Shown: positions 51,339 through 60,763 of the stretch, in pieces | Layout of the letters: each line of letters begins with the position of its first letter | Numbering within the stretch: the first letter of the stretch is position 1 | The notes under the pieces: model-generated | Seen by the model: only the letters and a program-made list of their open reading frames with translations | Told to the model about the DNA's origin: nothing | Database searches by the model: none | NCBI GenBank assembly: GCA_964651225.1 | Contig: CAZYYD010000001.1 | Span: forward strand, 50,811 to 114,810 | Direction of reading: 5' to 3' | Length of the DNA: 64,000 nucleotides | DNA from: an uncultured Ignavibacteriaceae bacterium | GTDB lineage: Bacteria > Bacteroidota > Ignavibacteria > UBA10030 | Position numbers and translations under genes: made by a program

Positions 51339-51385
51339 TGGACAGGGAGGGAATTGAACCCCCGACACATGGATTTTCAGACCGA
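51339..51385 (-). pseudogene. orphan 3' half of a tRNA-Phe(GAA)-like gene (anticodon loop through acceptor 3' end); no 5' half
   Basis: The reverse complement reads CTGAAAA-TCCAT-GTGTC-GGGGG-TTCAATT-CCCTC-CCTGTCC-A. The variable loop, T-arm and acceptor fold correctly, but no GGACAGG 5' acceptor strand or D-arm lies upstream. Confidence 0.6.
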
Positions 51386-51595
51386 CCGTGTGCGAATTTT
51401 TCGCCGAATTCAGACGAAATTCGCATCAAAAATCATCAAATTAACTGCCAGTGTTAGCACACTGTTAGCAGACGAATTGCATTGAACATAAAACAAAACT
51501 CTGATTCTTCCAAACAAATAATGCAAATATTTTTCAATGAATACTTTGACAATGGAAATCCATACATACGATGGAGTAGAAGAGATATTTATGAA

Positions 51596-52684
51596 TCAAA
51601 TAATATTCCCAGTCGTTGTGTCAAAGAAATGTGATTTTGTCATATCGAGGAATATTTTTCTCTTCTCTCCCACCTTTAATTCCGTTGGTTTCATCCGTGC
51701 AATAATTTGAGACTTTCCTAACGTGCTATAGACAAATATTTCATTTCCCATTGGTTCTACAACATCAATATGGACATGAAGATTGGAACTATTTTTCGTA
51801 TTCCCCATATCTATATGTTCAGGACGAATTCCAAGCCACACCTTTTTTCCGATGTACGGCTGAAGCGTTTTTTGATTTCTTTTCGGGACTTCAAGCGAGA
51901 CCATCGATTCACTTTCAACGAAAAGCATCTTATTTCTTGTGAGAATAATCCCTTCAAGAAAATTCATGGACGGGCTGCCAATGAATCCTGCAACAAATTT
52001 ATTCCGCGGCTCATTATAAAGGTTCAATGGCGTATCTGTCTGCATGACGATGCCATCATGCATAACGACGATTCTATCACCCATCGTCATTGCTTCTGTC
52101 TGGTCATGGGTGACATATATCATGGTTGCTCCAAGCCGTTGATGTAATTTCGATATTTCAATCCGCATCTGTACCCGAAGCTTCGCATCAAGATTCGAGA
52201 GTGGTTCATCGAACAAAAAGACTTTCGGTTTCCGCACGATAGCTCTGCCCACCGCGACACGCTGCCGCTCTCCTCCTGAAAGAGCTTTGGGTTTTCGATT
52301 CAAGTATTCTTCAATCCCGAGGATACTTGCCGCTTCAAGAACACGTTCATCAATCTCTTGTTTTGAATATTTTCGTAGTGTCAAACCGAAGGCCATATTC
52401 TCATACACGGTCATATGAGGATACAGGGCATAATTCTGAAAGACCATTGCGATGTCACGGTCTTTGGGCGGTATATCATTCATAATTTTATCATCGATCA
52501 TCAAAATGCCGTCGGTAATATTTTCCAGACCCGCAATCATCCGTAACGTTGTTGATTTACCGCACCCTGACGGACCTACGAGGACAACAAATTCTTTATC
52601 TCGTACGTCGATGGAGACACCTTTGACAGCCACCACACCGCCTTCATACTCCTTTTTGATATTTTGCAGTTTAACGCTTGCCAC
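51596..52684 (-). CDS. ABC transporter ATP-binding protein, MalK/UgpC/MsmK type (sugar importer ATPase)
   Basis: Walker A (GPSGCGKST), signature LSGGERQRV, Walker B (FLFDEPLSNLD) and a C-terminal TOBE-like regulatory domain. Confidence 0.85.
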   Translation of the reverse strand: MASVKLQNIKKEYEGGVVAVKGVSIDVRDKEFVVLVGPSGCGKSTTLRMIAGLENITDGILMIDDKIMNDIPPKDRDIAMVFQNYALYPHMTVYENMAFGLTLRKYSKQEIDERVLEAASILGIEEYLNRKPKALSGGERQRVAVGRAIVRKPKVFLFDEPLSNLDAKLRVQMRIEISKLHQRLGATMIYVTHDQTEAMTMGDRIVVMHDGIVMQTDTPLNLYNEPRNKFVAGFIGSPSMNFLEGIILTRNKMLFVESESMVSLEVPKRNQKTLQPYIGKKVWLGIRPEHIDMGNTKNSSNLHVHIDVVEPMGNEIFVYSTLGKSQIIARMKPTELKVGEKRKIFLDMTKSHFFDTTTGNII

Positions 52685-53582
52685 AATTCTCTCCCCTCAA
52701 TGCTCCATTTCGAAATTCATTATTTATGCTTTCAATAGCTTGTTCCGTAAGAGTATTTTTCTCCACAGCGACTTTGTTCCAGACTACGGAAAGGATGATC
52801 GATGCAGAAAGGATGCCCAGGACGACACTCAAAGATATTACAATACTGAGAGGATAGAAATGATCCAAAAGCATCTTCGTGCCAACAAACGCCAGCACTA
52901 CCCCCACTCCATATTTCACAAAAATGAATAATTTGTGGATCTTCTCAAGAACAAAATAGATCGACCGTAATCCTAAAACTGCTAGCAAGTTTGATGAAAA
53001 AATAATAAATGGATCCGTCGTTATACCAAAAACAGCTGGAACTGAATCAACGGCAAATACTACATCAGTTGTCTCTATCACCAGGAGCACCACAAAGAGA
53101 AGTGTGGCATACCAGTGTCCTTGTCCTTTGACAAAAAATTTGTTACCTGAATTTCCCTCTTTGACACGAAATACTTTTTTGAACATGCGCGTGACAGTAT
53201 TGTTTTCGGGATGGAGTTCAATCTCTCCACCGAGAGCTATTTTATATCCAGAATATACAAGGAAGACCCCAAACAGATAGAGCACCCATTCAAAATGCGA
53301 GACAAGTTCAGTACCGAGATAAATCATAATTCCACGCAAAATGATCACACCAATGATACCATAATTCAGAATACGCCGTTGTTGTATCGGAGTGATTTTA
53401 AAGAAAGAGAAAATAAGCAGAAATACGAACAGATTATCTACACTCAATGATTCTTCAATGACATAACCAGTCATAAATTCCATAGCTTTTACTTGACCTA
53501 GTTCAAGGTACACACCGAGATTCACCATGAGGGCAAGAAGGATCCATAATACTGTCCAGGCTATAGCTTTCCGTAAACTCAT
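52671..53582 (-). CDS. TerC/Alx-family integral membrane protein
   Basis: The family-typical pattern MEFMTGYVIEESLSVDNLFVFLLIF. The start is trimmed to MSLRKA (53582) so that it does not overlap citF. Confidence 0.75.
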   Translation of the reverse strand: MSLRKAIAWTVLWILLALMVNLGVYLELGQVKAMEFMTGYVIEESLSVDNLFVFLLIFSFFKITPIQQRRILNYGIIGVIILRGIMIYLGTELVSHFEWVLYLFGVFLVYSGYKIALGGEIELHPENNTVTRMFKKVFRVKEGNSGNKFFVKGQGHWYATLLFVVLLVIETTDVVFAVDSVPAVFGITTDPFIIFSSNLLAVLGLRSIYFVLEKIHKLFIFVKYGVGVVLAFVGTKMLLDHFYPLSIVISLSVVLGILSASIILSVVWNKVAVEKNTLTEQAIESINNEFRNGALRGENCGKR

Positions 53583-53602
53583 AGTGGAATCGATTTCAAG
53601 TA

Positions 53603-55177
53603 TTATGGGATAGTGGGATGCACACTGTCTAGGAGTGTCCCGTCCACCCATTGAACGACAGCAACGACATTATCTTTAGTTACCTTTGGCAATTCGGGTT
53701 TCCCGCCGCATATTTCATCTACCTCGCGCTGTATGTCTTCAAGACTTCGGATAGGTAATGAGCTGCTTGATAATTTCTTATTTAGATCGTGCCGTAATGG
53801 ATTTATGGCGATCCCACGCTCTGTGATGACAACATCGATCATTTCTCCAGGCCCACAGAGCGTCGTGACACGATCAACAATGATGGGGACACGATCCCTG
53901 AAAGACGGTATCGCGAGAATAACACATTTTCCGAATAAACAATCCTGCCATCCACCAATGCCATGGAGCAAGAGCCCATCCGAATGGGTAACGACATTTG
54001 CATTAAACTTGATATCTACTTCCGTGGCGCCTAAAACCACAGTATCCAGCATGGATGCAAAATTGCCTTTCCCGTGAAAATTATAACTCGTAAACGGGCT
54101 TGTAGAAACGTGCCTTGGATTTTCACGCAACGACCGAATACCTTCTGCATCGAATGCTTGACCATCGAGAATGTAATCAGTCAATCCTTCTTCCAGCATT
54201 TCAGTAAGATATTGTGTGCTGCCGCCGCGAATAAATCTTGCTTTTATTCCTTGGGATTTCATTCGTTCTTTCAGCAATACAAGGAATGCAAGATTGATTC
54301 CTCCCGCACCCGCTTGGAACGAAAATCCGTTCTGCATAATCCCCGACTCTTCGACAAACTGTGCAATATATCTTGCAATAAGAATTCTATCGGGGCTTTT
54401 CGTTATTTGAGTCGTTCCGGAAACAATCTTCGAGGCATCACCCAACGAATCTACTTCAACAACGTAGTCAACATTGTTTCCCTGGATATGCCATGGAATG
54501 CAGGGAAAATCCACTAACGTATCTGTCACAACGATCACCCTGTCGGCATATTCGGAGTCTCCCAAGGCAAAACCAAGGGGACCGCAGGCAGACTTGCCCG
54601 CGACACCATTTGCATTACCAAAAGAATCGGCACTCGGAGCAGCGATCACGGCTATATCAATATGCACCTCTCCATCCTGTATGGCTCTATATCGTCCTCC
54701 GTGAGAGCGCAGGACCCCCATCCCTTTCATCTTCCCTTCCGAGGCATACCGTCCCAGCGGTCCATTCATGCTTCCTTCAATATGATGGATCGTTCCGTCT
54801 TCCAAATATTTTATCAAATATTCATGGCACGGGAATGATGCACTCGGGAACCAGCGGATATTCTTCACTCCCATTTCTTTGATGGTATCGAACAGAATAC
54901 ACGTTAATCCATCACCATCACGCAGATGATGGTGGGTCGAGATTGTCATGCCGCTCTTCAGCCCTGATTTCTTCAATGCTTCTTTGAGAGTTTGAACGAG
55001 CTTATTTCCGTCGGATGGGTATTCAGTGCAGCTTCGAATCGGAGGGGCAGCCATGAGACGATCAGGTCGGTATTTGCCAATACCTTTAAATGGAACTGCG
55101 GGAATCCCATTGACGATGGTGGGGACAGAACGTCCTGCAGCATTCTTGACGAGTTTTGCCTGGTGTGTGTTTGTCAT
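53603..55177 (-). CDS. citF: citrate lyase alpha subunit (citrate CoA-transferase)
   Basis: Resemblance to CitF along the whole length (GMTISTHHHLRDGD, SFGNANGVAGKSACGPLG, HSDGLLLHGIGG). Confidence 0.8.
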   Translation of the reverse strand: MTNTHQAKLVKNAAGRSVPTIVNGIPAVPFKGIGKYRPDRLMAAPPIRSCTEYPSDGNKLVQTLKEALKKSGLKSGMTISTHHHLRDGDGLTCILFDTIKEMGVKNIRWFPSASFPCHEYLIKYLEDGTIHHIEGSMNGPLGRYASEGKMKGMGVLRSHGGRYRAIQDGEVHIDIAVIAAPSADSFGNANGVAGKSACGPLGFALGDSEYADRVIVVTDTLVDFPCIPWHIQGNNVDYVVEVDSLGDASKIVSGTTQITKSPDRILIARYIAQFVEESGIMQNGFSFQAGAGGINLAFLVLLKERMKSQGIKARFIRGGSTQYLTEMLEEGLTDYILDGQAFDAEGIRSLRENPRHVSTSPFTSYNFHGKGNFASMLDTVVLGATEVDIKFNANVVTHSDGLLLHGIGGWQDCLFGKCVILAIPSFRDRVPIIVDRVTTLCGPGEMIDVVITERGIAINPLRHDLNKKLSSSSLPIRSLEDIQREVDEICGGKPELPKVTKDNVVAVVQWVDGTLLDSVHPTIP

Positions 55178-55184
55178 AGTCGTA

Positions 55185-56384
55185 CTATTTCACCGAATAA
55201 ATGGTCGCAAGCGACAAGATACGCTGTGCTCTTTTCACCACAGGAGCATCGATCATTTTTGAACCCAACGCAACGACACCCGATCCATTCCGCTGTGCTT
55301 CAGTGAATGCATCGACAACACGTTGGGCATATTCGATCTCCGTCGCTGTAGGAGTAAATGCATCGTGAATAATTTGTATTTGCCGAGGATGGATGCACCC
55401 TTTCCCTTCGAAACCGATCGCTTTCGCATCCAGAACACTTTGACGCAGGCCTGCATCGTCCTGGACATCAGAGAATACTGAATCGAGCGCCTGGATTCCT
55501 GCCGCTTTTGCCGCATTGATGATTGCGCTTCGGGCAAACAAACTTTCAATTCCATTTTTCGTCCGTTCAACACCTATATCGGCCGTATAGTCTTCCAATC
55601 CGATGGCCAGACCGCAATTCCATGGGCTCGCAGAGGCAATTTCAAAAGCCCGCACAACGCCAAGGGCACTTTCAATGATCGGGATCAGAAAGACACTGCG
55701 TTTGCTTTTCCGTTTCTCGAAGAGTGCATTCACCTCTTCATCAACATTTTTAATTTGAGCAGCGGATTCACATTTCGGAAGAAGAATCGTCTCAACATTA
55801 TGATGAACGACCTGGCGCACATCTTCAAGACCTTCCGGTAAGGGATTGATCCTGACCATTCGTTCTGCATCTCCAAAATTTACATTCATGAGAGCATTTC
55901 TCACGAGAATGCGCGCGGCATCTTTTTCTGACGGAGCGACACTGTCTTCGAGATCAAGGATGATGCCGTCGGGTTGATGCAATCCTGCATTCAGAAAATA
56001 CTGCGGCTCATTTCCCGGAAGATAAAGCCGCGTCCGGCGTAGACGATCGCGCGAACTGTTTTTTGCATACTCCATCTCGCCCAAAAGATAATTCGTAATG
56101 AATTGTGGATCTGCTCTTTTGAGCGCTGCTTCTACCCTCGCCGCTAGAACGAAGGGAACCGCACCTGCATCTTCAACACTAACGATCGCATCCTCCACAC
56201 CGAAATGTTTGAGGATGTCGGTAATTTGAGACCGGATGGACTTCCCGTAGAGCGAGTCCACTTTGCTTTTAACGTCAATAGCTATTCCGCCGTTCGTCCT
56301 CAGTAATACGTGGACGTGGCAATCCGAGCGAATCGTCGTACCGGTTCTTCCGGCTGATCCGACTTTATGTTTTTGAGCTTTCAT
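55185..56384 (-). CDS. citDE: citrate lyase gamma (acyl carrier) - beta (citryl-CoA lyase) fusion protein
   Basis: The N-terminal about 95 aa resemble CitD (...VEDAGAVPFVLAARVEAALKRA). The rest is HpcH/HpaI-aldolase-family CitE (LYLPGNEPQYF...IILDLEDSVAPSEKDAAR). Confidence 0.7.
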   Translation of the reverse strand: MKAQKHKVGSAGRTGTTIRSDCHVHVLLRTNGGIAIDVKSKVDSLYGKSIRSQITDILKHFGVEDAIVSVEDAGAVPFVLAARVEAALKRADPQFITNYLLGEMEYAKNSSRDRLRRTRLYLPGNEPQYFLNAGLHQPDGIILDLEDSVAPSEKDAARILVRNALMNVNFGDAERMVRINPLPEGLEDVRQVVHHNVETILLPKCESAAQIKNVDEEVNALFEKRKSKRSVFLIPIIESALGVVRAFEIASASPWNCGLAIGLEDYTADIGVERTKNGIESLFARSAIINAAKAAGIQALDSVFSDVQDDAGLRQSVLDAKAIGFEGKGCIHPRQIQIIHDAFTPTATEIEYAQRVVDAFTEAQRNGSGVVALGSKMIDAPVVKRAQRILSLATIYSVK

Positions 56385-56405
56385 GGTCGTTCCATCGAAC
56401 ACATG

Positions 56406-57377
56406 TTACCAGGCATATGCCTCTGGTGCTTCGCCACCCGGACCCGGCCAGATGGCTTCCACTGTTTGAATTTCATCATCCGTTAATGTTGTTTGCAGCG
56501 CATCCACCATGCCACGGACCTGCTCAACTGTTCGCGACCCTATAACCACGGAACTGATCACGGGATTCTTCAGGAGCCACGCGAGCGCGACTGCTTCAGG
56601 TCTCTTCCCGATGGAGGTGCAATATGTTTCATAATCTTCAACTTGTTTCCGATGCTGCGACAGCGCCTTTTGGACCGCCTCTGTTTTTTTTCGCACGCCC
56701 TTTTCATCATTCAGAATACCGGCAAGCAACCCTTCCGCTAACGGACTCCAGGGAATGATGCCAATGCCATGCTCTCGGCATGCTGGAATAACTTCCAGTT
56801 CGACCATTCTCTTCGTCAAATTATACAAACTTTGTTCCGAGATGAGGCCTCCAAGATTTCTCTCTCGTGCGGTGAATTGCGCTTCAACAATATTCCAAGC
56901 CGCAAAATTACTGCTCCCCATATAGGTGATCTTCCCTGCATGAAGAAGTTGATCCATCGCTGACCAGATCTCATTCCATGGGGTCGACCGATCAATGTGA
57001 TGCATTTGATACAGGTCGATATGATCCGTCTTAAGACGGCGTAAACTTGCTTCGCAGGCAGAACGGATATGATATGCGGAGAGCCCCCGTTCATTGATCC
57101 CTTCACCCATTTTCCCGTACACTTTTGTTGCCAGGACAATCTTTTCACGTCGTCCCCCGCCGCGGGATAGCCATTTCCCGATGAACTCTTCCGTTCTTCC
57201 TCGATGACCGATCCCGCCATAGACATCGGCAGTGTCAACAAAGTTTATCCCTGCTTCAATCGCCGTGTCGAAAATGGCAAAGCTGGTCTCTTCATCAACT
57301 AATTTGCCGATATTCATTGTGCCGAGGCATAGTCTGGAGACCCGTAAGCCCGAACGACCGAGTGTTGAATATTCCAT
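56406..57377 (-). CDS. aldo/keto reductase
   Basis: AKR family pattern (LGRSGLRVSRLCLGTM, INFVDTADVYG). Confidence 0.85.
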   Translation of the reverse strand: MEYSTLGRSGLRVSRLCLGTMNIGKLVDEETSFAIFDTAIEAGINFVDTADVYGGIGHRGRTEEFIGKWLSRGGGRREKIVLATKVYGKMGEGINERGLSAYHIRSACEASLRRLKTDHIDLYQMHHIDRSTPWNEIWSAMDQLLHAGKITYMGSSNFAAWNIVEAQFTARERNLGGLISEQSLYNLTKRMVELEVIPACREHGIGIIPWSPLAEGLLAGILNDEKGVRKKTEAVQKALSQHRKQVEDYETYCTSIGKRPEAVALAWLLKNPVISSVVIGSRTVEQVRGMVDALQTTLTDDEIQTVEAIWPGPGGEAPEAYAW

Positions 57378-57380
57378 GTA

Positions 57381-58364
57381 TTATTTGACCAATTCAGATA
57401 ATTGAGAAGCGACATCAAAAAGATCCATCCCCTTTGTAAAAGGAAGACAGACTCCTGTCGTGAACCGAACCTTATCGATCCATGGAAGTGGAATACTGCT
57501 CATCCCGTTCATTGCGCCACTGATGGCACCGACAATCGCCGAGATCGTATCAGCATCTCTTCCAAAATTTCCGCTATAAATAATCCCACGCCTAAATTCT
57601 CCATTCGTCAATTTCACTATTGCCAGAGCTGAAGCGACCGCTTCCGGTGAGACTGCTTTGTATTCTGTCCACAACGCGTCATGGAGCGGTTTCCAAGCTG
57701 CCTCCAGTGTTCTCTTCTCTTCGATAATGTTTAACACTTTCGTAAAAGTAAATCTCAACCATGAATCTTTCGGAGTAACATTCATCGCAGTTTGGAATAT
57801 TTCATCGACTGAAGCCCCTACCATGGCAACGGCAATAGAAACCGCAACTGCCTGTGCGCCCCACAGACCATCGCGGGAATGACTAATGCGCGCATCGATT
57901 TCGGCCAACCGGGCAGCTCGTTCCGGATCACCGGCACAGACAATCCCGATCGGCGTGACACGCATTGCCGCTCCGTCGCTCATATAATGGGAATTATACA
58001 CACCGGACAGAGGGGGTAAAACGCCGCGACGTATATTCGCTGCTGCTTCTCGCTCACTCGCGCCACCTCGTTTCAACTCTGAAAGCGGGAGAACATGCGT
58101 TTTCCAACTCTCAAGAACATCAGCGTCGGTCAAATTCCCTTTCGCGTTGATGAGTGTTTGAGCTGTCAGCAATGCGAATTCAGTGTCATCTGTTCCCGGT
58201 GCAGGCTTTTCCGAAAAATCCATCGTAATGCCGTATTGGAAATGATAATCGGGCGAGCGCGCGATATCACCGAATGAATCACCGATTGCGTGCCCCACAA
58301 GGCACGCCCGAGCTCTGTCTTGTAACAACGTTTTATCTTTTACGAGACCTTTTTTTGTCAGCAT
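57381..58364 (-). CDS. ADP-ribosylglycohydrolase-fold protein, paralog 1 (canonical motifs present)
   Basis: GHAIGDSFG, GTDDTEF and GRDADTISAIVGA motifs are all present. Confidence 0.8.
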   Translation of the reverse strand: MLTKKGLVKDKTLLQDRARACLVGHAIGDSFGDIARSPDYHFQYGITMDFSEKPAPGTDDTEFALLTAQTLINAKGNLTDADVLESWKTHVLPLSELKRGGASEREAAANIRRGVLPPLSGVYNSHYMSDGAAMRVTPIGIVCAGDPERAARLAEIDARISHSRDGLWGAQAVAVSIAVAMVGASVDEIFQTAMNVTPKDSWLRFTFTKVLNIIEEKRTLEAAWKPLHDALWTEYKAVSPEAVASALAIVKLTNGEFRRGIIYSGNFGRDADTISAIVGAISGAMNGMSSIPLPWIDKVRFTTGVCLPFTKGMDLFDVASQLSELVK

Positions 58365-58373
58365 AGTGCACTT

Positions 58374-59717
58374 TCAATGTTGAGGTGAATATTTCGCGAG
58401 TTTCGATGTCCGGTTTGCAAGATCGCTGAGCAGAGCATGATCGAATCCTTTCAGACTGCTTCGAACTTTATTATTCAGAGGAGAGATCCATTTCGATGGA
58501 AGGTTCTTTGCACCGAGCATCGTACCCATGATCGAGCCAACCGTTGCGCCATTACTATCTGTATCCCAACCTCCCATCACCACATTGCAAATAGCCCGCT
58601 CATAGTCCCCTTTTGCGGAAAGCAACGCAGCAACGATGAGGGAGGCATTGTTAATCGTATGGACCCAGTGATATGTTCCGAATTTTGCATAAAGAGCATC
58701 AACTGTTGCATCCCACGATTGTTTTTGAATTGGCAAAGATGTGACAAAGCGAATTGCTTCTGCGAACCGGGAGTGAGGCGGGACAAACGATAGTGCATCG
58801 TGTATGACAGCTTTTTCGTCAGGAGAGCGAAACGATGCGGCAATTGCAGCGGCAAAAAACATCTCCCCATACATGCCATTACGAACATGACTCAGTCTGG
58901 CATCACGCCAGGCGAATTCCGCAGCGCGTGCCGGCTGTGTGGGGGAAATCCAGCCCCAGACATCCGCCCGTATCTGGGCGCCAATCCATTCGCGGTATGG
59001 ATTTCTTACGATTGCCGTCTCTGGCGGTTGGAGACCGGTAAGCCGGTTCACATACGCGACACGCTCCGCCGTAAATGTTGAAAGAACCGGCGCTAAGTCT
59101 AACCAGGTTTGGATGATATGCTCCGATGTCAATGCTTCACCATATCGCTCGTATGCCGACAAATTCAGCATCGGATAATTCAAGTCATCATCCTCTGGCA
59201 TGCATTCGATGTTCTCTTTGAGACTTTCTTTGCCGTTGTGTCTATTCCAAGGGTATTTTTGCAAAAGAGAATCGGGTATTCCGCGTCCTGTGATATATTC
59301 AGAAATGGGCCATGTCCCGTTCGAGGACAGCAATTCGATAACCCCCGACCGGGGTGTTTTTTCGATCGGTTTCCCGAGCAGACATCCAGCACTTCTGCCA
59401 AGCCACCCTCCAAGAATCCGATCTGCAACGAACGAGGAGGTAAACGAAGGAACAGCGTCAGGTGTGATCGTACATTGTTGCACGATCTCGCTCCAGAAGG
59501 TCGGTTCATTACCTTCGTTGTGAACACGAGAAGGAGTTTTTTCAAGTTTGCGATAGAATTCTTCCGCTTCACTACGGAATTTCTCTTCACCCAGATGAAG
59601 GTTTTCGATTCGGACCCATTCGCGGCGAAGTTCGGTAACATTATTCCCCTCTTCCTCCCTCTGTTGTAATTCATGGTTAATCCGTTCGGCGATGTCTATC
59701 CAGGAGATTTTCATCAT
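58374..59717 (-). CDS. ADP-ribosylglycohydrolase-fold protein, paralog 2 (about 110-aa N-terminal extension; first metal-site Asp replaced: GRSAGCLLG)
   Basis: The ARH fold has the C-terminal GGWDTDSNGATVGS motif intact. Motif 1 reads G-C instead of G-D. Confidence 0.75.
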   Translation of the reverse strand: MMKISWIDIAERINHELQQREEEGNNVTELRREWVRIENLHLGEEKFRSEAEEFYRKLEKTPSRVHNEGNEPTFWSEIVQQCTITPDAVPSFTSSFVADRILGGWLGRSAGCLLGKPIEKTPRSGVIELLSSNGTWPISEYITGRGIPDSLLQKYPWNRHNGKESLKENIECMPEDDDLNYPMLNLSAYERYGEALTSEHIIQTWLDLAPVLSTFTAERVAYVNRLTGLQPPETAIVRNPYREWIGAQIRADVWGWISPTQPARAAEFAWRDARLSHVRNGMYGEMFFAAAIAASFRSPDEKAVIHDALSFVPPHSRFAEAIRFVTSLPIQKQSWDATVDALYAKFGTYHWVHTINNASLIVAALLSAKGDYERAICNVVMGGWDTDSNGATVGSIMGTMLGAKNLPSKWISPLNNKVRSSLKGFDHALLSDLANRTSKLAKYSPQH

Positions 59718-60763
59718 AATATTTTTTGACCTGCCAACGTTGAGATCTCTTCAGTGAGCGCGAGATAATCCTTCCCTGCGAGTGAAGGAACACAAATACC
59801 CTTCAAAACTCCGATAGCCTTCAACCAACTCTCACTGGCAATTGACATGTTCTGCCTTGCACCGACGAGTGCACCGACTAATGCAGGAAGAGTTTCTGCG
59901 CTTTTTGCAAAACCTGTCGCTGTCAGGAGCGCTGTTTCAAATGATTCTCCGTGACTTTGAGCAATACTCAAGGTGAGTGCCAACGTTTCAGGTGCGGCAT
60001 TTCCATAACTGTATTCGCGATTCACAATTCTCTTGTGCAGGTCCGGTACAAGGGAAAAGATGGACCTGCTTTGACCTGCAATGCTCAGTGCCTCATCGAC
60101 GGTCCGTTTGATCCATGAAGACTCCGGGAGGTACTGTCGCGCACGCTCTATGGCTTCTTTCATGGTTTTTCCGTCACACGCCAGCGATATCGCGACAGCC
60201 ATTGCCTGCGCAGCCCAAATTCCATCCTCACTGTTTGTCACTGAAGCATCAATCTCCGCTAACCGTGCGGCTTCATCCGGTCGGCCTGAACAAAGAATTC
60301 CAATCGGGACGGATCGGGACATTGCACCATCATCAAAATAATGCGGATTTTCTTTTCCGCATTGCGGCGGAAGTATTCCATGGTTCAAATTATGAAGTGC
60401 CGCCTGCGTGCTCACGCCTCCTCGTATGGGATCCTTTGATAGAGCAAGATTCATCCATTCTCTCAACACTGATTCCTTATACGAGCTTACCCCAGAAGCC
60501 AATAACGTTCCTGCAGTAAAAGCTGCCCACTCAGTGGGAACCGTTGGTGAAAGACTTAAATGATCCGCCGGCTGATTGAGCGTGAATGGCATCGGTGTAA
60601 CGATCACATTCGTCGTCTCCGATGCTGTATCCATTTCTCGGCGTTTTCTTCTCGTCCATGGAGGAAGAAGAATGCTGCGATGAAACATGGCTGTCCAACT
60701 CATTGCATCGCCGATGGCGAGGCCAATCATGGCATTACGCGCATGTTGCTGGACGTCGCTCAT
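59714..60763 (-). CDS. ADP-ribosylglycohydrolase-fold protein, paralog 3 (lacks the TDDT and GxDxDT motifs; probably non-canonical or inactive)
   Basis: GLAIGDAMS motif 1 is present, but no second Asp cluster exists. It overlaps both neighbours by 4 nt (ATGA). Confidence 0.75.
   Translation of the reverse strand: MSDVQQHARNAMIGLAIGDAMSWTAMFHRSILLPPWTRRKRREMDTASETTNVIVTPMPFTLNQPADHLSLSPTVPTEWAAFTAGTLLASGVSSYKESVLREWMNLALSKDPIRGGVSTQAALHNLNHGILPPQCGKENPHYFDDGAMSRSVPIGILCSGRPDEAARLAEIDASVTNSEDGIWAAQAMAVAISLACDGKTMKEAIERARQYLPESSWIKRTVDEALSIAGQSRSIFSLVPDLHKRIVNREYSYGNAAPETLALTLSIAQSHGESFETALLTATGFAKSAETLPALVGALVGARQNMSIASESWLKAIGVLKGICVPSLAGKDYLALTEEISTLAGQKIL

Noticed and set aside
25733-53582. 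TerB-like gene (25.7 kb) and TerC-family gene (52.7 kb) as a tellurite-resistance ter operon
   Set aside because: They are about 27 kb apart on opposite strands with unrelated genes between, and terA, terD, terE and terZ are absent. The two are independent single genes.
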